Part shown: positions 62,265 through 64,000 of the stretch, piece after piece
Layout: each line of letters opens with the position of its first letter
Position numbering within the stretch: the stretch's first letter is position 1
Source of the DNA: Lama glama
Taxonomy: Eukaryota
Direction of reading: 5' to 3'
Assembly (NCBI GenBank): GCA_028534125.1
Contig: CM052817.1
Coordinates: forward strand, 2,234,001 to 2,298,000
DNA: 64,000 bases
Made by a program: the position numbers and the translations under genes
Notes under the pieces: model-generated
Told to the model about the DNA's origin: nothing
What the model saw: the letters and a program-made list of their open reading frames with translations, nothing else
The model's database searches: none

Positions 62265-62700
62265 CACGTGCGCATGTGTGGGTGTGTGCATGCGTGCGGG
62301 TGCACGAGTGGGTGTGTGCAGCGACATGCAGAAGTGAGGTGTGCACACAGACTCACACACGTGTGCACATAGCCTGTGTGTGTGATTGTATGCATATGTA
62401 TGGGTGTGTGAGTGCTTAGTATATGTGGGCAGATACATGCATGTGCATAGCGTGTGGGGTGTGCACACGTGTCTGCTTGCAGGTGCACACACGTGCATGC
62501 ACACACATCCTGTGTACAGATGGTACTCGTGTGCATGTGCTGTGTCATGTATGTGGGCGTGTGCCCGAACAGTACAGATTTGTGGATGTCTGTGTGCGGA
62601 TGAGTGTGCAGGCATAGAGGCACACGGATATGTGTGTACATGGATGTGTGTGTGCATGTATGGATTCGTGTGCATGTGCACGCATGCTTGTGTATGCAGG
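62265..62700. repeat. Degenerate (TG/CA)n alternating purine-pyrimidine tract
   Basis: GTGTGCATGCGTGCGGGTGCACG...ATGTGTGTGTGCATGTATGG. Confidence 0.9.
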
Positions 62701-63799
62701 GAGCTGGTTCAAAGAGACAGGCAACCATCTACCTGAGCTGAGGCCACTGGTGGAGCACAGAGCACCTTGCCCAGCAGGTGTGCACCCAAATTCCTCCTCA
62801 TGACAGGGGTCCTAGGACCCAACGGCCTGTGGTTGTGGCCCTGGCTGGACCAAGCTTTCCCTCTGGACCCTGCTCATTGTGGGTGGGATGACGGCAAGTA
62901 CACCTCGGCAGCCTCAGGATGCTCTGCTTCCACGTGGCTTCCCTTCTGAGACGCCCCACCCCTCCTCCATGCCCGCATCCCCCATCAGGACCACCTGGCT
63001 CCCCACAGTGCCCTCCCGTCACCCCTCCTGGTCCCGCCGAGCCAGGCCTGGCTGTCAGCGGCTCACCCGCTAGGCAGTCTTTCCGGGCGCGTGCTGTTCT
63101 GCCTGTTACAGGACAGTTGGGAGCAGTTTGTCAAGCTTAATTTTCAGTGTTGGGGTGAGAGGCCTCTCCAGCTCTTTACAAACAGCTCCATCCCTGCGGC
63201 CTCTGGTGCACACAAGCAGGACAACATTCAGTGCGCCTTGAAGCCCGGGCTCTCTATCCCAAGGACTCCGCAGGGACCCAGCCCTCCGCCGCCCTCAGCT
63301 CTGGGCCCAGGACCCACGGGAGAGGCTCTTCCTCCTTCCTCCTCCTGGGTTATGCCGGCAGTGTGATGCCTGCTGCCTGAGGTCAAAAGGCGGGCCAAAC
63401 ATCCCCAGGGGCCTGAGTCACTTGGCCCGCCAGGCGCTCTAGATGTCTCCTGCCTGGCCTGGCTGAAGAGCTGCGGCCTGGGCAGTGGGACGTCCTGTGT
63501 GCATTGGGCCCCCAGGACCTCTGGGTCCTTTTCTTCCAAATCCCTCATGCTGGCTGGCCTTGCTTGTGAACACATGAAGTGTTGAGTGGAGCCAGGACGC
63601 TGGATGCATCCCCCCAAAGTGCTCCTCAAAAGATGAAAACCCCTTGTGGTCAGGAGGAGACCCACATGGCTGTGCAGCTGCTGGGAGAGCCAGATCTCTC
63701 AAAAATCTACATCCGACCACCGCCACATCCCGGTTTTGGGTCTTCCTCTGGCTCCCCATGCCTCCAGGACAAGTCCACCCCCACCCCAGGGAGCACAAC

Positions 63800-63995
63800 C
63801 AACAGGGGCCTCTCACTTCCTAAAAACTTCTGTCACTCTTCAAATGCAGCTCAGAGGTCACCTCCTCTAAGAAGCCTTCTTTGACAACCCCACTGCCAGG
63901 CTTGGAGGGGAGGAGCTGCAGGGCTCTGATGACATTCACTGCCCCCATCTCAGTGTGTGACACCATCTGCCCCAGACAACAAGCACTCAGGTAGG
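63800..63995 (+). mobile_element. L2 fragment
   Basis: CTTCAAATGCAGCTCAGAGGTCACCTCCTCTAAGAAGCCTTCTTTGAC. Confidence 0.55.
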
Positions 63996-64000
63996 AGGCC

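Noticed and set aside
61931..62736. Cys/His/Thr-rich ORFs of 116-265 aa
   Set aside because: They are translations of a degenerate (TG/CA)n tract, not metal-binding proteins.
1..64000. CRISPR arrays, operons or other prokaryotic systems
   Set aside because: The sequence is clearly mammalian and I saw no repeat-spacer arrays.

Overview
GC-rich, mostly non-coding mammalian DNA, very probably camelid: it carries a tRNA-derived Vic-1-type SINE with a target-site duplication at 46.4-46.6 kb and a cetartiodactyl-type L1 3' end at 45.2-45.65 kb, and I saw no Alu, BovB or PRE-1. I could not recognise any intact protein-coding exon. The listed ORFs look like by-products of high GC content and simple repeats. 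Much of the window is old interspersed repeat (L1M/HAL1, L2, MIR, MaLR/MLT and MLT2 LTRs, MER2B, MER82, MER20, MER5) plus microsatellites, and there is a 100-N gap at 17724-17823. The most notable non-repeat signals are: (1) a decayed, apparently intronless type I keratin (KRT18-like) relic on the minus strand at about 1.5-1.83 kb; (2) two minus-strand candidate 5' exons (donors at 16249 and 11759), each with a kappaB site and a CRE-type motif nearby, suggesting the 5' end of an unidentified leftward gene; (3) an AT-rich FOX/GATA/NKX2 motif cluster at 34.1-34.4 kb; (4) several near-perfect RFX X-boxes, one beside a CpG island at 37.6-38.3 kb; (5) strong AT-to-GC drift of repeat fossils around 44.5-48.4 kb, consistent with GC-biased gene conversion. 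Repeat family names and keratin comparisons come from my recollection of consensus and reference sequences, not from a search, and repeat boundaries are approximate. I found no well-supported new biological system; the keratin relic is the best lead.
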